Notes: a model not told the origin generated them from the sequence alone. A DNA stretch of 28,982 nucleotides from a virus (IMGVR_UViG_3300044675_003084:65378-94359); one strand, 5' to 3'; shown: positions 1 to 9,937, numbered from the stretch's first letter. Program-made: numbers and translations.

Positions 1-899
1 CCAGTATTCAACGAAAATGAAATTGTACTACCTGATAATGAACCGGTTAATCCATTAGATGCTTCGTATGTATTACCACCACCAAAAGTATAAGTGTCCC
101 AAGAAATTGAATCACTATATGTAGTTACAAAATCAGCATAGGTAATTGTTGCTTTATATAAAGTATCGGTATTTGCTACATATACTATTTGACCATTTGT
201 AAAGTTATTTACCGGTGAGGTAGATAACGCACTATACGTTGCAAATACTCTAAACGTACCTTTTAAATCAGTTAGGGTATCTATTAATTTTCTACCAACA
301 TATTGATAAGCAGAAACATAAACATACTGAGTAGTAGTTGGTGCTAATGCAGTAGTAGCAAATTGTAAAACACCCGTCTTATAATCAAAGGTATAATTAT
401 TTACCGAAACTTGGTCTCCTGCTGCAACTCCTACCGATGAGGTAGCAGATGATACGAATACCTTTGCACCATAACCCGGTGTTGTATCTTCTGCGTTAGC
501 ATTTGCTAATGATACTGCACCATATTTTGGAGATATAAAATTTGTTTGTTGATTACCATCAATCAACTGACCACCAATACCCGCTAAAGATGCAGTTGCA
601 TTGGATAATAAAAACCAAACCTCACTTTTAGAACCAGTTGCTAAATCCGAACGAGTTAAACCTGCTCTATAATAGTATTTCATTACACTCTGTCCATTGA
701 CTGAGTATACCGAACCACTTTGTGCACTTCCACTATATGGTAATCCACTTGAAGGTATCAATGCATGGTCTACATAAACTTCTCCTGCGTTAATATCCAA
801 TGTAGAAGTGAATGCCTCTTGAGAGTCAGTAAAACTGTCATGAGTGTATCTTCTACTTTGAAGTAACCTGTTCGATTTGGATAATTTATCTATTGCCAT
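1..899 (-). CDS. Virion structural protein (tail/baseplate/fibre-associated), N-terminal part; runs off the window edge
   Basis: Not in the ORF track. Manual translation from ATG at 899 gives MAIDKLSKSNRLLQSRRYTHDSFTDSQEAFTSTLDINAGEV...NYTFDYKTGVLQF..., open to position 1. S/T/G-rich, directly downstream of the 1264-aa fibre gene. Confidence 0.8.
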   Translation of the reverse strand, partial: MAIDKLSKSNRLLQSRRYTHDSFTDSQEAFTSTLDINAGEVYVDHALIPSSGLPYSGSAQSGSVYSVNGQSVMKYYYRAGLTRSDLATGSKSEVWFLLSNATASLAGIGGQLIDGNQQTNFISPKYGAVSLANANAEDTTPGYGAKVFVSSATSSVGVAAGDQVSVNNYTFDYKTGVLQFATTALAPTTTQYVYVSAYQYVGRKLIDTLTDLKGTFRVFATYSALSTSPVNNFTNGQIVYVANTDTLYKATITYADFVTTYSDSISWDTYTFGGGNTYEASNGLTGSLSGSTISFSLNT

Positions 900-925
900 T
901 TTATATCTTTGCTATTCTTTAATTA

Positions 926-3900
926 TTAAGCTATTGTTATTGATGCTATTGGTGTTGGGTCTCCTTTGTAACGTACTATTACATAAATATTCGTATATGT
1001 TGCATTTAAGAACATACCATCACCATTTCTTAAAGGAATTGTATAAGTTGTTGACGATACACTACCTCCAGTATTACCATATAAATCTATACTACTACCG
1101 AATGGATTTTGACCATCAGTATTTGCAGAGATTGTTGATACAAAGTTAGATAGAGTTTTTGTTGGGTCATATACTCTTGCTGGAGAATATATTGTATTCT
1201 TAGATGATTCAAATAGAATAACTGCTGCTGCAGAGTTATTAGTTGTTGCATCCCATGCCACTAATGTTTGTCCTAAATTTAAAGTCATAGAGGTTTTTAC
1301 ACCTGATGTTGTAAACTTACGAATATAATATTTGTAATCACTTGCAGTTGATGGATTTCCTAACCAATAAGCATAAGTACCACCCGGTTTAACCAAATGT
1401 CCTGGTTTAACTTGTAGGTCATTTGCTCCTAAATTATATAATCCAAATGAAGTTGTCCACGCAGTTCCATTAAATGCCAAAACGTTATCTGCTAATTGAA
1501 TACGATAGTTTTCACCTAAGAATGGTTCGTATAAAGTAGTTGCCGATGCATCAGATGCTTGTGAAGCACCATAATACGCCATTGAACCACTACTTACAGG
1601 TTGCCCAAAGGTACTACCGGAATGATATAGTATCGTTGCAGTAGTCGATGTTTGTGTTCCTGCAAAGTTATATCCACTAATAGTTGCATTAAATGAAGTT
1701 GTACCTAATCCGGTTTGGTTGATATTCTCATTTGTTGATGGTGTAAATGTAAATTTAGAATTTAATCTAATGGTATCAGTTTCATATGGTATAGTTGAAG
1801 TACTTCTTAATGTATTATCAATACCATAAACCGCGTTTGCAGTTGATATTGTACCACCAGAAGTAGCAACTGTTGATGTACCGGTTGAGGTTACTAATGA
1901 ATCCGCTTCAGTTATTGCTGCGATAGTTCCATTGTAAAATAATGGATTAAATGTACCTGAAACTGATGCACTAATTTCATAAGTTGCACCTGTTAAATAT
2001 GGTGCACCACTTAATGAACGAGATGTTGCAGTTAATGGTACATAAGTACTAACAACTAATGTTGGTGTTTGTGTAGGAACGTTTGTTGAGATTGTACTCA
2101 ATGGTGCCCAAAATACTTCCGTACCATTTGCTGCTATTGCAGTTGAATACCCACTACTACCACTTGCTATTTGAATAGAAGATGATATATGATAATATCC
2201 ACTTGCACTTACTGCCGTTGCAGAACCACTATAAAGAGATTGACCTAACGTAGATACAAATTTTCCATCCTGATATCCAGCAGGTATTACCGCTGAATTT
2301 GCAGTTGGAATTAAAGCTAATGTTACACCACTTGTTGTTCCTGCACCAGTTTGTGTTATAGTTACAACCGAAGATGAGGTTGCCGTATCAGTTTTTGCAC
2401 TATTATCTTTAAATCTAAATGTAAATGAACCGCTTACTTTAAAGTTTGTTGCTGCTCCACTACTTAAATTACCCAATCCAAATAATTGTGAATCTAATGA
2501 TGAGGTTGCAGTGGTTGTACCCCCTGCTACCGATGTGTAATTGTATCCGTAATTTGCTGTATAAATTGGAGTAATACCACTAAAAATAGTAGAACCGGCA
2601 GTTGCAAATCCTTTACCATTTAAGTAAATAATTGTTGTATTGGTAGAAGTTTGTGGAATACGACCTGTTAATGCAGTTCCCGTTGTTGTATTTTGTGCCG
2701 TTGCCGTTACCGAATTCAATGTTCTTGTATTTGGTGATGCATCAGGTGCTGATGCTGATAATAATCCTGCTACGAAACGAAGTATTTCAGATACATTTGT
2801 TTCAGATGTAAAGTTATTAAAATAAGAACCATTCAAACTACTTTGCCATGCGTTTGAAGTTGGAATACCAACCGTTACGTTATCTGGATTAATTGTTCCG
2901 CTTACATTTAACGAACCACTTATAACTTGCGTACCAATAAAAGTATTTGAGCCAGTAGTTGCTAATGAACTCGTATCTAATGTTTGAGAAGATGAAATAA
3001 ATCCTAAAGCAGTTAATTGTGATGAACCACTTATAATTCCATCAGGTTTACTTGCTATATTATCCCAAGTTGTTTGAGTAATACTTCCACTTAAAACATA
3101 TTTGGTATCCAAAGATGATGTTATTTGGTCAGAACTACTTACAATACCACTTGGAAGATTACTTAAATCAGTAAATGAAATTTGAGATGAACCAGATACT
3201 ACTCCATCACTTCCAGCCAATAATATATTTTCTTCACTATTTTTAGGGCCTGCTATCCATCTATCATTTTGTGCATCCCATAATAAAGAACCAGAAATAG
3301 TTGAAGCCCCGTTTGAATCTTTAACTACCAATCCCCCATATGAAGCATTTGAACCATTTAATTCAATTATATTATCTCCTAATTGAATTGTAGTTGAGTT
3401 AATGGTAGTGGTTGTTCCCTTAACTGTTAAGTTACCATTAATTGTTACATTCGTACCACTTGCAGTAATTGCTGCAGCAAGTGATTGTGTAAACGAATTA
3501 AATGAACTTGATAAAAGGAATCCTGCCTTTTGAATTTGTGCAGAACCACTAATTGTACCAGAAGGAACACCTGAGGATGCTAATGAATCTACATCTTGTC
3601 TAAGTCCTACAATTGATGCGGACATTAGAGATGATGATATCGTTAATTCAGCTACTGATTGACTTGTAGCGTAACTTCCACTTACAAATCCTAATGCAGT
3701 TATTTGTGCTGATGAACTTATTAAATCTGAGGGTAGTATTACGTTTTGAACACTACCACTTAGGGTATATCTTGTATCATATGATGATGTAAGTTGGGAT
3801 GACCCACTAATTACACCACTTCCACCTAATATTTGTGAACTACCACTAACTAATCCTTGTGGTAATTGTTGTGATGAACTTATAATACCTGCAGGAGTGT

Positions 3901-4720
3901 TTGAAAGACCTGTGTAAGATATTTGAGATGAACCACTAACTACATTTGAAGGTAGGGGTTGAACACTACCGCTTAGAGTATATCTTGTATCAAATGAACC
4001 TGTTAATTGAGATGACCCACTAATTGTTCCAGCAGGAGTTGTACCACTTACAACACTACCACTTAGAGTATAACGTGTATCAAACGAACTTGTTAATTGT
4101 GATGAACCACTAATAGTACCACTTGGTACTGAATCTGATGAACTTACAAATCCTAATGCAGTTATTTGTGCAGAAGAACTAATTGTTCCAGTAGGTACTG
4201 AAGCAGATGAACTAACAAATCCTAATGCAGTTATTTGTGAACTACCACTTATAATACCATTGGGTACGTTTATAAGTTGAGTATAATCACTTGTACCACC
4301 TCCACCTCCACCGACTACATATCCTAACGCACTGATTTGTGCAGATGAACTAATAATTCCTCTACCCTTTGTTTCGTAAGATGAGGTTGTTTGAGTTAAG
4401 TTTGAAAGTTGTGAATTAACCGATGCAGTATAAGTAGCAAGGGTTAAATCCTTAGTATTTTGTGAACCACTAAAAGTATTTAAATCCGTTAAGATACCAA
4501 CGATTTGAGATGAACCACTAACTAATGTTGGAGCGTTAACAATACTACCAAAATTGATATTAGTTAAACCACTACCATTACCCGTAAAGGTATTAGCAGT
4601 TACATTACCAGATGCGGTTATATCCGTAGCAATTAAAGACCCACTTACTGTGAATACTCCTTCAATTACTGAAGCGGTTACAACCCCCTGTATTTGTTTA
4701 CTTTTAATAAGTGTAGCCAT
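926..4720 (-). CDS. Large fibre-like virion protein (1264 aa) with Ser/Gly-rich repeats
   Basis: S/T/G-rich with 15 copies of (I/V)S(G/S)S(S/A/Q/D)Q(I/L), a poly-Gly hinge, WDNIASKP/FTDLSNLP-type fibre repeats and an NGNLTVKGTTTTINST...DNIIELN module of the kind seen in T4-like fibres. Lies in the neck/tail region. Confidence 0.7.
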   Translation of the reverse strand: MATLIKSKQIQGVVTASVIEGVFTVSGSLIATDITASGNVTANTFTGNGSGLTNINFGSIVNAPTLVSGSSQIVGILTDLNTFSGSQNTKDLTLATYTASVNSQLSNLTQTTSSYETKGRGIISSSAQISALGYVVGGGGGGTSDYTQLINVPNGIISGSSQITALGFVSSSASVPTGTISSSAQITALGFVSSSDSVPSGTISGSSQLTSSFDTRYTLSGSVVSGTTPAGTISGSSQLTGSFDTRYTLSGSVQPLPSNVVSGSSQISYTGLSNTPAGIISSSQQLPQGLVSGSSQILGGSGVISGSSQLTSSYDTRYTLSGSVQNVILPSDLISSSAQITALGFVSGSYATSQSVAELTISSSLMSASIVGLRQDVDSLASSGVPSGTISGSAQIQKAGFLLSSSFNSFTQSLAAAITASGTNVTINGNLTVKGTTTTINSTTIQLGDNIIELNGSNASYGGLVVKDSNGASTISGSLLWDAQNDRWIAGPKNSEENILLAGSDGVVSGSSQISFTDLSNLPSGIVSSSDQITSSLDTKYVLSGSITQTTWDNIASKPDGIISGSSQLTALGFISSSQTLDTSSLATTGSNTFIGTQVISGSLNVSGTINPDNVTVGIPTSNAWQSSLNGSYFNNFTSETNVSEILRFVAGLLSASAPDASPNTRTLNSVTATAQNTTTGTALTGRIPQTSTNTTIIYLNGKGFATAGSTIFSGITPIYTANYGYNYTSVAGGTTTATSSLDSQLFGLGNLSSGAATNFKVSGSFTFRFKDNSAKTDTATSSSVVTITQTGAGTTSGVTLALIPTANSAVIPAGYQDGKFVSTLGQSLYSGSATAVSASGYYHISSSIQIASGSSGYSTAIAANGTEVFWAPLSTISTNVPTQTPTLVVSTYVPLTATSRSLSGAPYLTGATYEISASVSGTFNPLFYNGTIAAITEADSLVTSTGTSTVATSGGTISTANAVYGIDNTLRSTSTIPYETDTIRLNSKFTFTPSTNENINQTGLGTTSFNATISGYNFAGTQTSTTATILYHSGSTFGQPVSSGSMAYYGASQASDASATTLYEPFLGENYRIQLADNVLAFNGTAWTTSFGLYNLGANDLQVKPGHLVKPGGTYAYWLGNPSTASDYKYYIRKFTTSGVKTSMTLNLGQTLVAWDATTNNSAAAVILFESSKNTIYSPARVYDPTKTLSNFVSTISANTDGQNPFGSSIDLYGNTGGSVSSTTYTIPLRNGDGMFLNATYTNIYVIVRYKGDPTPIASITIA
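3000..4525 (-). repeat. Intragenic degenerate repeat array with two unit types: ISSSAQITALGFVS and ISGSSQLTSSFDTRYTLSGSV
   Basis: About five ALG(F/Y) units and four DT(R/K)Y(T/V)LSGS units are visible in the translation, with near-duplicate nucleotide blocks. Confidence 0.85.
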
Positions 4721-4725
4721 AATTC

Positions 4726-5103
4726 TTAAATATCCACTATTTTTCCTTTAACCAAAAATTCACTTATAATAATATCTGCTGGACTAAAAGTTATTGATTG
4801 ATTAAATGTTATTATTATATTATTACCACTTGTTGTAACATCATATGCATTTGGGGCTTTTAACAAACCTTGCAAATATACATCCATATAATCTTTATTA
4901 TTATCTATTTTTATTTCTTCAAATTCAAATTTTTTATTACCCAAAGTCAACGTAAATAACGCACCATTTAATTGCATGGTATCAAACCCAGCCCTTAAAC
5001 TATATGATGTTTTTAAAGTATCTTCGAACACTTCATGTACCAATGCCTTTATACGACTTCTATCATTAAAGGGAACTTTTTTTATTTTTGGTGCTACTTT
5101 CAT
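4726..5103 (-). CDS. Hypothetical virion-associated protein (125 aa)
   Basis: In the co-oriented structural operon, overlapping the upstream gene; C-terminal domain resembles those of the two upstream genes. Confidence 0.7.
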   Translation of the reverse strand: MKVAPKIKKVPFNDRSRIKALVHEVFEDTLKTSYSLRAGFDTMQLNGALFTLTLGNKKFEFEEIKIDNNKDYMDVYLQGLLKAPNAYDVTTSGNNIIITFNQSITFSPADIIISEFLVKGKIVDI

Positions 5104-5432
5104 AGTATTTCAAAATCTCCCTTCATTACTATATTATCGTTTGTCGTAATATTGTATGCGTTTATAAAATTTTCTTTTTTAAATTTAACTAAAATATCAG
5201 CATTATACCCTTCCATCACATAATCTTTTTCAGATATGTATTGCCCGTTAATAAATATATCAAAACGTGCGTGTTCGCGACGTAAAGGTCTAAGAAATGA
5301 TTCTAAATCTTTAAGTTTAGTATTTGTTGCAACCCATATCCAATACAATGGGTGATTCATATCCTTTGGGGTCAAAGTAAACTCATCTTGTTCTTCAATT
5401 TGTTTCAATATTTTATTTAAATCATATATCAT
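5100..5432 (-). CDS. Hypothetical virion-associated protein (110 aa)
   Basis: Short overlaps with both neighbours; shares the DIFING..Y..I..F..D.I..G.F domain. Confidence 0.7.
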   Translation of the reverse strand: MIYDLNKILKQIEEQDEFTLTPKDMNHPLYWIWVATNTKLKDLESFLRPLRREHARFDIFINGQYISEKDYVMEGYNADILVKFKKENFINAYNITTNDNIVMKGDFEIL

Positions 5433-6574
5433 AATTCAATAAATTTTCCGGTTACTGCTATTTCATCAGTAGTTTCTATTGGGTATCCTAATTCATTCGC
5501 ATTTGGGGTTTCTATAATTTCTGCACCATTAAAAACAAATTGAATTTCATTTGTTGTAGAATTATATGAATAACTATACTTTATAAATGGTATCAATACT
5601 CCATTTATATAAACGTTAAACCATTCTCCTCCCGTAACATAGGTATTCCTTAATTCTGGCGGGCATATAGGTAGTTTTACGTTAGTTAACTTAATAGTAG
5701 ATGAGTTTACAAAGACTGGTGCTAGGGTACTTCCTAATATCCCACCTTGTGCTCCTCTAATAGTAATAAAATCAATTAGGTCTGAATACTCATTATACAT
5801 TTGTTGTTTTGTATAATTTATATTACCACCAGATAAATCGGTCTCTATTCCCCACACTACTTTTTTAGGAGACAATGATTTTTTAGTAGTTGGTTCATTA
5901 TCAAATTTTTCGGGTAATAAATACGCATTGACTGTCATTGTAAATGTAGTTCTTACAATTCTTTGTGCACCATCACCTACTTCCTGTTGATTCTCAAATG
6001 AATCTATTTTTGTACGAAATTTAAAACCAGATTGGTCTCCCCAATATTCATCCGTTGCATATTGAAATGCTTCAACGATTTTATTCATATGTTCAGTAAA
6101 ATCTGTCCATATAATAACATCATAGGTTACACTAACATAATCCGGCATTGTTATATTGTATTGTTCAACTGGTCTTTTAGTATCCGTCATCAGGCTAAAC
6201 TTATCATACTTATGTTTTTTAGAATACATAGATATGGTAGGGTATGATACGTGACGATTCATTGTATTAGCCAATGCTTCATCTCTAGCAATTGAATTTC
6301 TTTTAAATACAACTATCGGTGTTTGAATTTGACCATTTTTATCTCTTAAAAATCCATCTCTTCTTATAGCTTTCCATCTTTCTGGATTACCATATATTAC
6401 CGGTACTTTTATCGATTCCCCTAAAATTTCTAAACTAGGAACGACAGTATCTACCATATGTTCAGCAATTGCTAAATCAACATCATATAACTTTACTCCT
6501 TTAAACTGATTTTTAGGTTCAGTTTTAAGTTGTTCTGCTCTATTTAGTGGTTTTTTTAGTGGGTCTACTGCCAT
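5429..6574 (-). CDS. T4 gp15-like tail completion/sheath stabiliser with an extra C-terminal domain
   Basis: VPVIYGNPERW...P.I...R...MPDYVSVTYDVIIWT...MNKIVE...F.F.T.ID...R.V.T.F..TVNAYL pattern resembles gp15/gp3-like tail terminators. Follows the gp13/gp14-like genes. Confidence 0.65.
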   Translation of the reverse strand: MAVDPLKKPLNRAEQLKTEPKNQFKGVKLYDVDLAIAEHMVDTVVPSLEILGESIKVPVIYGNPERWKAIRRDGFLRDKNGQIQTPIVVFKRNSIARDEALANTMNRHVSYPTISMYSKKHKYDKFSLMTDTKRPVEQYNITMPDYVSVTYDVIIWTDFTEHMNKIVEAFQYATDEYWGDQSGFKFRTKIDSFENQQEVGDGAQRIVRTTFTMTVNAYLLPEKFDNEPTTKKSLSPKKVVWGIETDLSGGNINYTKQQMYNEYSDLIDFITIRGAQGGILGSTLAPVFVNSSTIKLTNVKLPICPPELRNTYVTGGEWFNVYINGVLIPFIKYSYSYNSTTNEIQFVFNGAEIIETPNANELGYPIETTDEIAVTGKFIEL

Positions 6575-7128
6575 TAGTATGTTCTCTCCTCAATTTGAAC
6601 TTGTGAACGTTTTACCATCATACCAGTAGCAACAAGTTGCATACTTGCATCTGAGAATGTGTTTGTAGATTGGTCATATATTTTTGATGAACCACCTATT
6701 AACATAGTATCCATAACATTATTTATTTCATAGTAAAATTCATCAAACAAAATAATGTCTCCAATTTCAGGATATCCATATTGTGTATTTTGTATTGCAT
6801 CTGCAGGGATTTCGTTACCATTGATATCTCGTATCTTTGGTATCTCATGAGTTCTCAATCTTTCTTTATTAAAACGGAATTCTACATTTTGTTGTGTATC
6901 CGGTCCAAATTCATCATAATTTGAAGTAGTGTTCTCCCTATCAACAATACACATTAAATTAGCAGGTGCATGGTATATTTTACCCAATGATTCACCATAT
7001 AAATTAGTTTTTGATTCACCAACTGATATTTTGAATAAAGTAATAGTCGTTTCCACTACATAATCTACCACTTCTTCAGCGATAGTTTTTATGAATTCCA
7101 AATCTCTACTATGAAAAAACTTTGGCAT
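6574..7128 (-). CDS. T4 gp14-like neck/head-closure protein
   Basis: N-LYGE...Y..P and P.IGDIILFDE.YYEINNV motifs; sits between the gp13-like and gp15-like genes. Confidence 0.6.
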   Translation of the reverse strand: MPKFFHSRDLEFIKTIAEEVVDYVVETTITLFKISVGESKTNLYGESLGKIYHAPANLMCIVDRENTTSNYDEFGPDTQQNVEFRFNKERLRTHEIPKIRDINGNEIPADAIQNTQYGYPEIGDIILFDEFYYEINNVMDTMLIGGSSKIYDQSTNTFSDASMQLVATGMMVKRSQVQIEERTY

Positions 7129-7134
7129 ATGTTA

Positions 7135-8286
7135 TTATCCTATGTATATTGCTAATGGAACTGATTTAATTATTTTTTGTTGTTGTTCAACCATATTGGA
7201 TTCATTTTCCATTCTGGTCTTTTTACTAACCTCTTCTAAGTTTTCTCTCAATTGAGTTACTAATGATTCCTTTTCAGTTTGTGCTTCTGCTCTTAGTGCT
7301 GCACCATCTAATGAAACATCCGAACCAGGAATTGGTATAGTAGAATATTTTTCTCTAATTGCACCTAATAATTCTTTAGCAAGTGCAAGTGTGTATTTTC
7401 TAATCCATTGTTTACCAACATCATTAATTTTTGAGTAATCTTGAAACTGATATCCAACATTTGAATAATCACTTACAACATTTGGTGTTATTATAGTATT
7501 TCCTTCTCTGAAATCCTTTTTAACCATATACTCAAACCATAATCTTTCAGTTGTAGTTGGTATTGGGAATATTTGTATTTTATTATTGACAATATTAAAA
7601 CTAAATGCGGATTTACGGAATTGGTCATTGAATTCAATCGCTTGAATTCTTAACATATCCTCATACATTGGCATTAGAATAAATTGTGCGGCTGGGGAGA
7701 ATGAACCAAACCCGAATTCATCGATTAAGTTCAATGTACCTTGTCCAGAAACTGAATAAGGGTCAAAGAAACGAGAGATTGCCGGAGTGGCTTCGTAAAA
7801 TACTTTAGTTATATCAAGTCTTTCACCACTCTCACTTACATCACCCCATAATTCTTGTAAATCATAACTTTGAGTACCTGCCGATGCAAGGATACTTCCC
7901 CTTTTAATATCAATTCTACCACCAACATTTGCTTGAGTACCATAACCTTCGGCAATAGTAATTACATTGTTCAATTCACTTCCTAATACTGATTTATTGG
8001 TGAAATTTGAACTTGTGGGTTGACCTTCAAGGGCACCCATATTGTTTCGTATGTTAAATTGATTGACTTGTGCAGAATATTCACTCACTGCCTCTTCAAA
8101 CACCGCAAAGAAACTACTTGATATCAATTCTACATCTACAATTGGATAACCCAACCTCTGTGCACACCACGATGCAACTTTAGGTGCATCTTGTTGAAAT
8201 CTTGAATCATTATCATATAATCCGAATGGGGTAGATGAACCAGTAACGAAAGTTGCCGTACCTGTCCATACTCTTGATTGCGACAT
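7135..8286 (-). CDS. T4 gp13-like neck/head-tail adaptor protein
   Basis: LGYPIVDVEL...F.EAV.EY at the N-terminus and WIRKYTLALAKELLG.IR.KY..IPIPG..V.LDG..L at the C-terminus. Start moved from 8334 to 8286 (MSQSRV) because TAAGGAG lies 7 nt upstream. Confidence 0.75.
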   Translation of the reverse strand: MSQSRVWTGTATFVTGSSTPFGLYDNDSRFQQDAPKVASWCAQRLGYPIVDVELISSSFFAVFEEAVSEYSAQVNQFNIRNNMGALEGQPTSSNFTNKSVLGSELNNVITIAEGYGTQANVGGRIDIKRGSILASAGTQSYDLQELWGDVSESGERLDITKVFYEATPAISRFFDPYSVSGQGTLNLIDEFGFGSFSPAAQFILMPMYEDMLRIQAIEFNDQFRKSAFSFNIVNNKIQIFPIPTTTERLWFEYMVKKDFREGNTIITPNVVSDYSNVGYQFQDYSKINDVGKQWIRKYTLALAKELLGAIREKYSTIPIPGSDVSLDGAALRAEAQTEKESLVTQLRENLEEVSKKTRMENESNMVEQQQKIIKSVPLAIYIG

Positions 8287-8332
8287 ATTTATTCTCCTTA
8301 ATACATTTATTCTTATATAAATATAAAATAAC

Positions 8333-8363
8333 AAAAAAGGGAGTGAATAAATCCACTCCCTTT
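8333..8363 (-). terminator. Rho-independent terminator
   Basis: Minus strand reads AAAGGGAGTGGAT-TT-ATTCACTCCC-TTTTTT, just after the 123-aa gene. Confidence 0.85.
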
Positions 8364-8385
8364 CAAATCTTATGTTTTATATCTA

Positions 8386-8757
8386 TTATCCTAAGTTAAT
8401 TAGTTTATATTTTGTTGAGTATAATAGTTTAGCAATATTATCTAATTCATTCTGAATCCAACTTACCTTTAATTTATCTTGCTGTCTTTCATTTTCTAAA
8501 AATTTAATAAGTTTATCAAAATAAGCAATTATGTTTTCTTTTGATGAATCAGTATCTATTCCGTTTACTTGTTTGTAAGTTATCAAACCATATTTACCTT
8601 GATATGCTTCAATTAAACCATCTAATAGAGGTATAAGTTCTGTATAATAGGTTTGTAATGCTAAATGTAACGCAAGTGAACCCGGTCCATTAACTCCTGT
8701 GTGGAATTGATGTGCTTGTGTTCTACTATGAAAAAAAATTGAAGCTAATTGTTCCAT
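8386..8757 (-). CDS. Ferritin/Dps-like four-helix-bundle phage protein (DUF5856-like)
   Basis: AHQFH...LHLALQTYY...DGLIEAYQG pattern resembles Dps/ferritin-like helices. Has its own TATTTATA motif and terminator. Confidence 0.55.
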   Translation of the reverse strand: MEQLASIFFHSRTQAHQFHTGVNGPGSLALHLALQTYYTELIPLLDGLIEAYQGKYGLITYKQVNGIDTDSSKENIIAYFDKLIKFLENERQQDKLKVSWIQNELDNIAKLLYSTKYKLINLG

Positions 8758-8810
8758 ATAATATTGGTATTTCTTATAAATATACTAAAAAAAATATTTA
8801 AATTAGATTA

Positions 8811-9572
8811 TTATATTTTAAAAGTTATTTTTTGTTTTGAAAATGAATAACGTACACATTCTGTTTTAGTATCTGGTAATTCGGATTCCCATATTTGTGC
8901 TATTCCTAACATAGCAGTATCATAATATTCTGGCAGATGGTCTTTTACAAAATCATGATGACACATTATAGTAGGATGGCCATCTGATTCATATGGAACT
9001 GGAGTATCTTTAAATCCATATGATTGTGGGGTGTATTTACTAGAATATGTTTGTAAACTTTCCTCCATATATACATCTTTTTTATAATCATTAATAAGTA
9101 GGGTTACATTGTCATCAGTTTTTAATGTATTACCGGTATCAGTTTGTAATAAATCAAATGCTTGAAGAATTTTATACTCACATCCAATACTATCTAATAG
9201 AGCCTTCATAGTTTTAACCATAAACCAAGTGTTATATATTGAATGTTCATCATTCCACACTTCTCTTACAAATTTTTCACCAAATATATGTTCTGAGTTA
9301 TAAATGTTCCCATTTAAATTGAATGCTTTGTATTGTGGGTTGTATATATCAATTCTATTAAAACTACTTAACATTATTAACACCACATCATTTTTAGTTA
9401 TAGTTGTTTTTAAATGCATTTCATATAATTTTTCAGCAGCATAGTAATTACCTGCCCCTGCTTGTGCACAATTATAATGTTGGTCGAAACCGGTTGCAAT
9501 TATATTAGCCCAACTTGGCCAAAAGTATTTGGTATAACTACAACCGAATGTATATAATCTCCTTTCTGTCAT
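8811..9572 (-). CDS. SGNH/GDSL-like hydrolase-fold phage protein
   Basis: LYTFGCSYT (block I), YNCAQAGAGN (block II), VVLIMLSSFNR and DGHPT (block V). Start moved to MTERR at 9572 because the track start at 9593 lies inside the terminator. Confidence 0.55.
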   Translation of the reverse strand: MTERRLYTFGCSYTKYFWPSWANIIATGFDQHYNCAQAGAGNYYAAEKLYEMHLKTTITKNDVVLIMLSSFNRIDIYNPQYKAFNLNGNIYNSEHIFGEKFVREVWNDEHSIYNTWFMVKTMKALLDSIGCEYKILQAFDLLQTDTGNTLKTDDNVTLLINDYKKDVYMEESLQTYSSKYTPQSYGFKDTPVPYESDGHPTIMCHHDFVKDHLPEYYDTAMLGIAQIWESELPDTKTECVRYSFSKQKITFKI

Positions 9573-9591
9573 TATTATAAATATTAGACAC

Positions 9592-9616
9592 AAAAAAAGG
9601 GAGAATATCTCCCTTT
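9592..9616 (-). terminator. Rho-independent terminator
   Basis: Minus strand reads AAAGGGAGA-TAT-TCTCCCTTT-TTTT, after the small-gene island. Confidence 0.85.
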
Positions 9617-9647
9617 AACAAATGAACAAACAAACAAAAGCAATATC

Positions 9648-9914
9648 TTAATATTCAATCATTGAGACCGGTACGTTGTATGAAGCAAATCCACCTTTTA
9701 CTCTCAAATTGGCTTTAGTTCGGTTGATTTTAACAACCTCTAACTCTCTACCCATTAATTTCGGGTGATTTACTTTAACCGTCATACCTACTTGCAATGA
9801 CAATTTCTTTTCTAACGATTCTATGGTACGTTTTTGTTTAATCAGTTCAATAACCATTTGGTTAACATTACGCAATTCTGCTACTGATAATTTTGATAAT
9901 TCTGAATAATTCAT
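9648..9914 (-). CDS. Small hypothetical protein, N-terminal helix plus SH3/KOW-like domain
   Basis: LQVGMTVKV...LEVVKINRTKANLR...YNVPVSMI; A-rich leader. Confidence 0.65.
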   Translation of the reverse strand: MNYSELSKLSVAELRNVNQMVIELIKQKRTIESLEKKLSLQVGMTVKVNHPKLMGRELEVVKINRTKANLRVKGGFASYNVPVSMIEY

Positions 9915-9937
9915 GTCTTTTATGTTTTAAATTTTAA

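Noticed and set aside
3000-4525. Fibre repeats as a CRISPR array or DGR template/variable region pair
   Set aside because: The repeats are in-frame coding units with synonymous drift; there is no adenine-specific mismatch pattern, reverse transcriptase or cas gene in the window.
8287-8334. Longer track starts for the gp13-like (8334), SGNH-like (9593) and protease (18041) genes
   Set aside because: The extensions run through promoter or terminator elements or the upstream gene; downstream ATGs have better initiation context.
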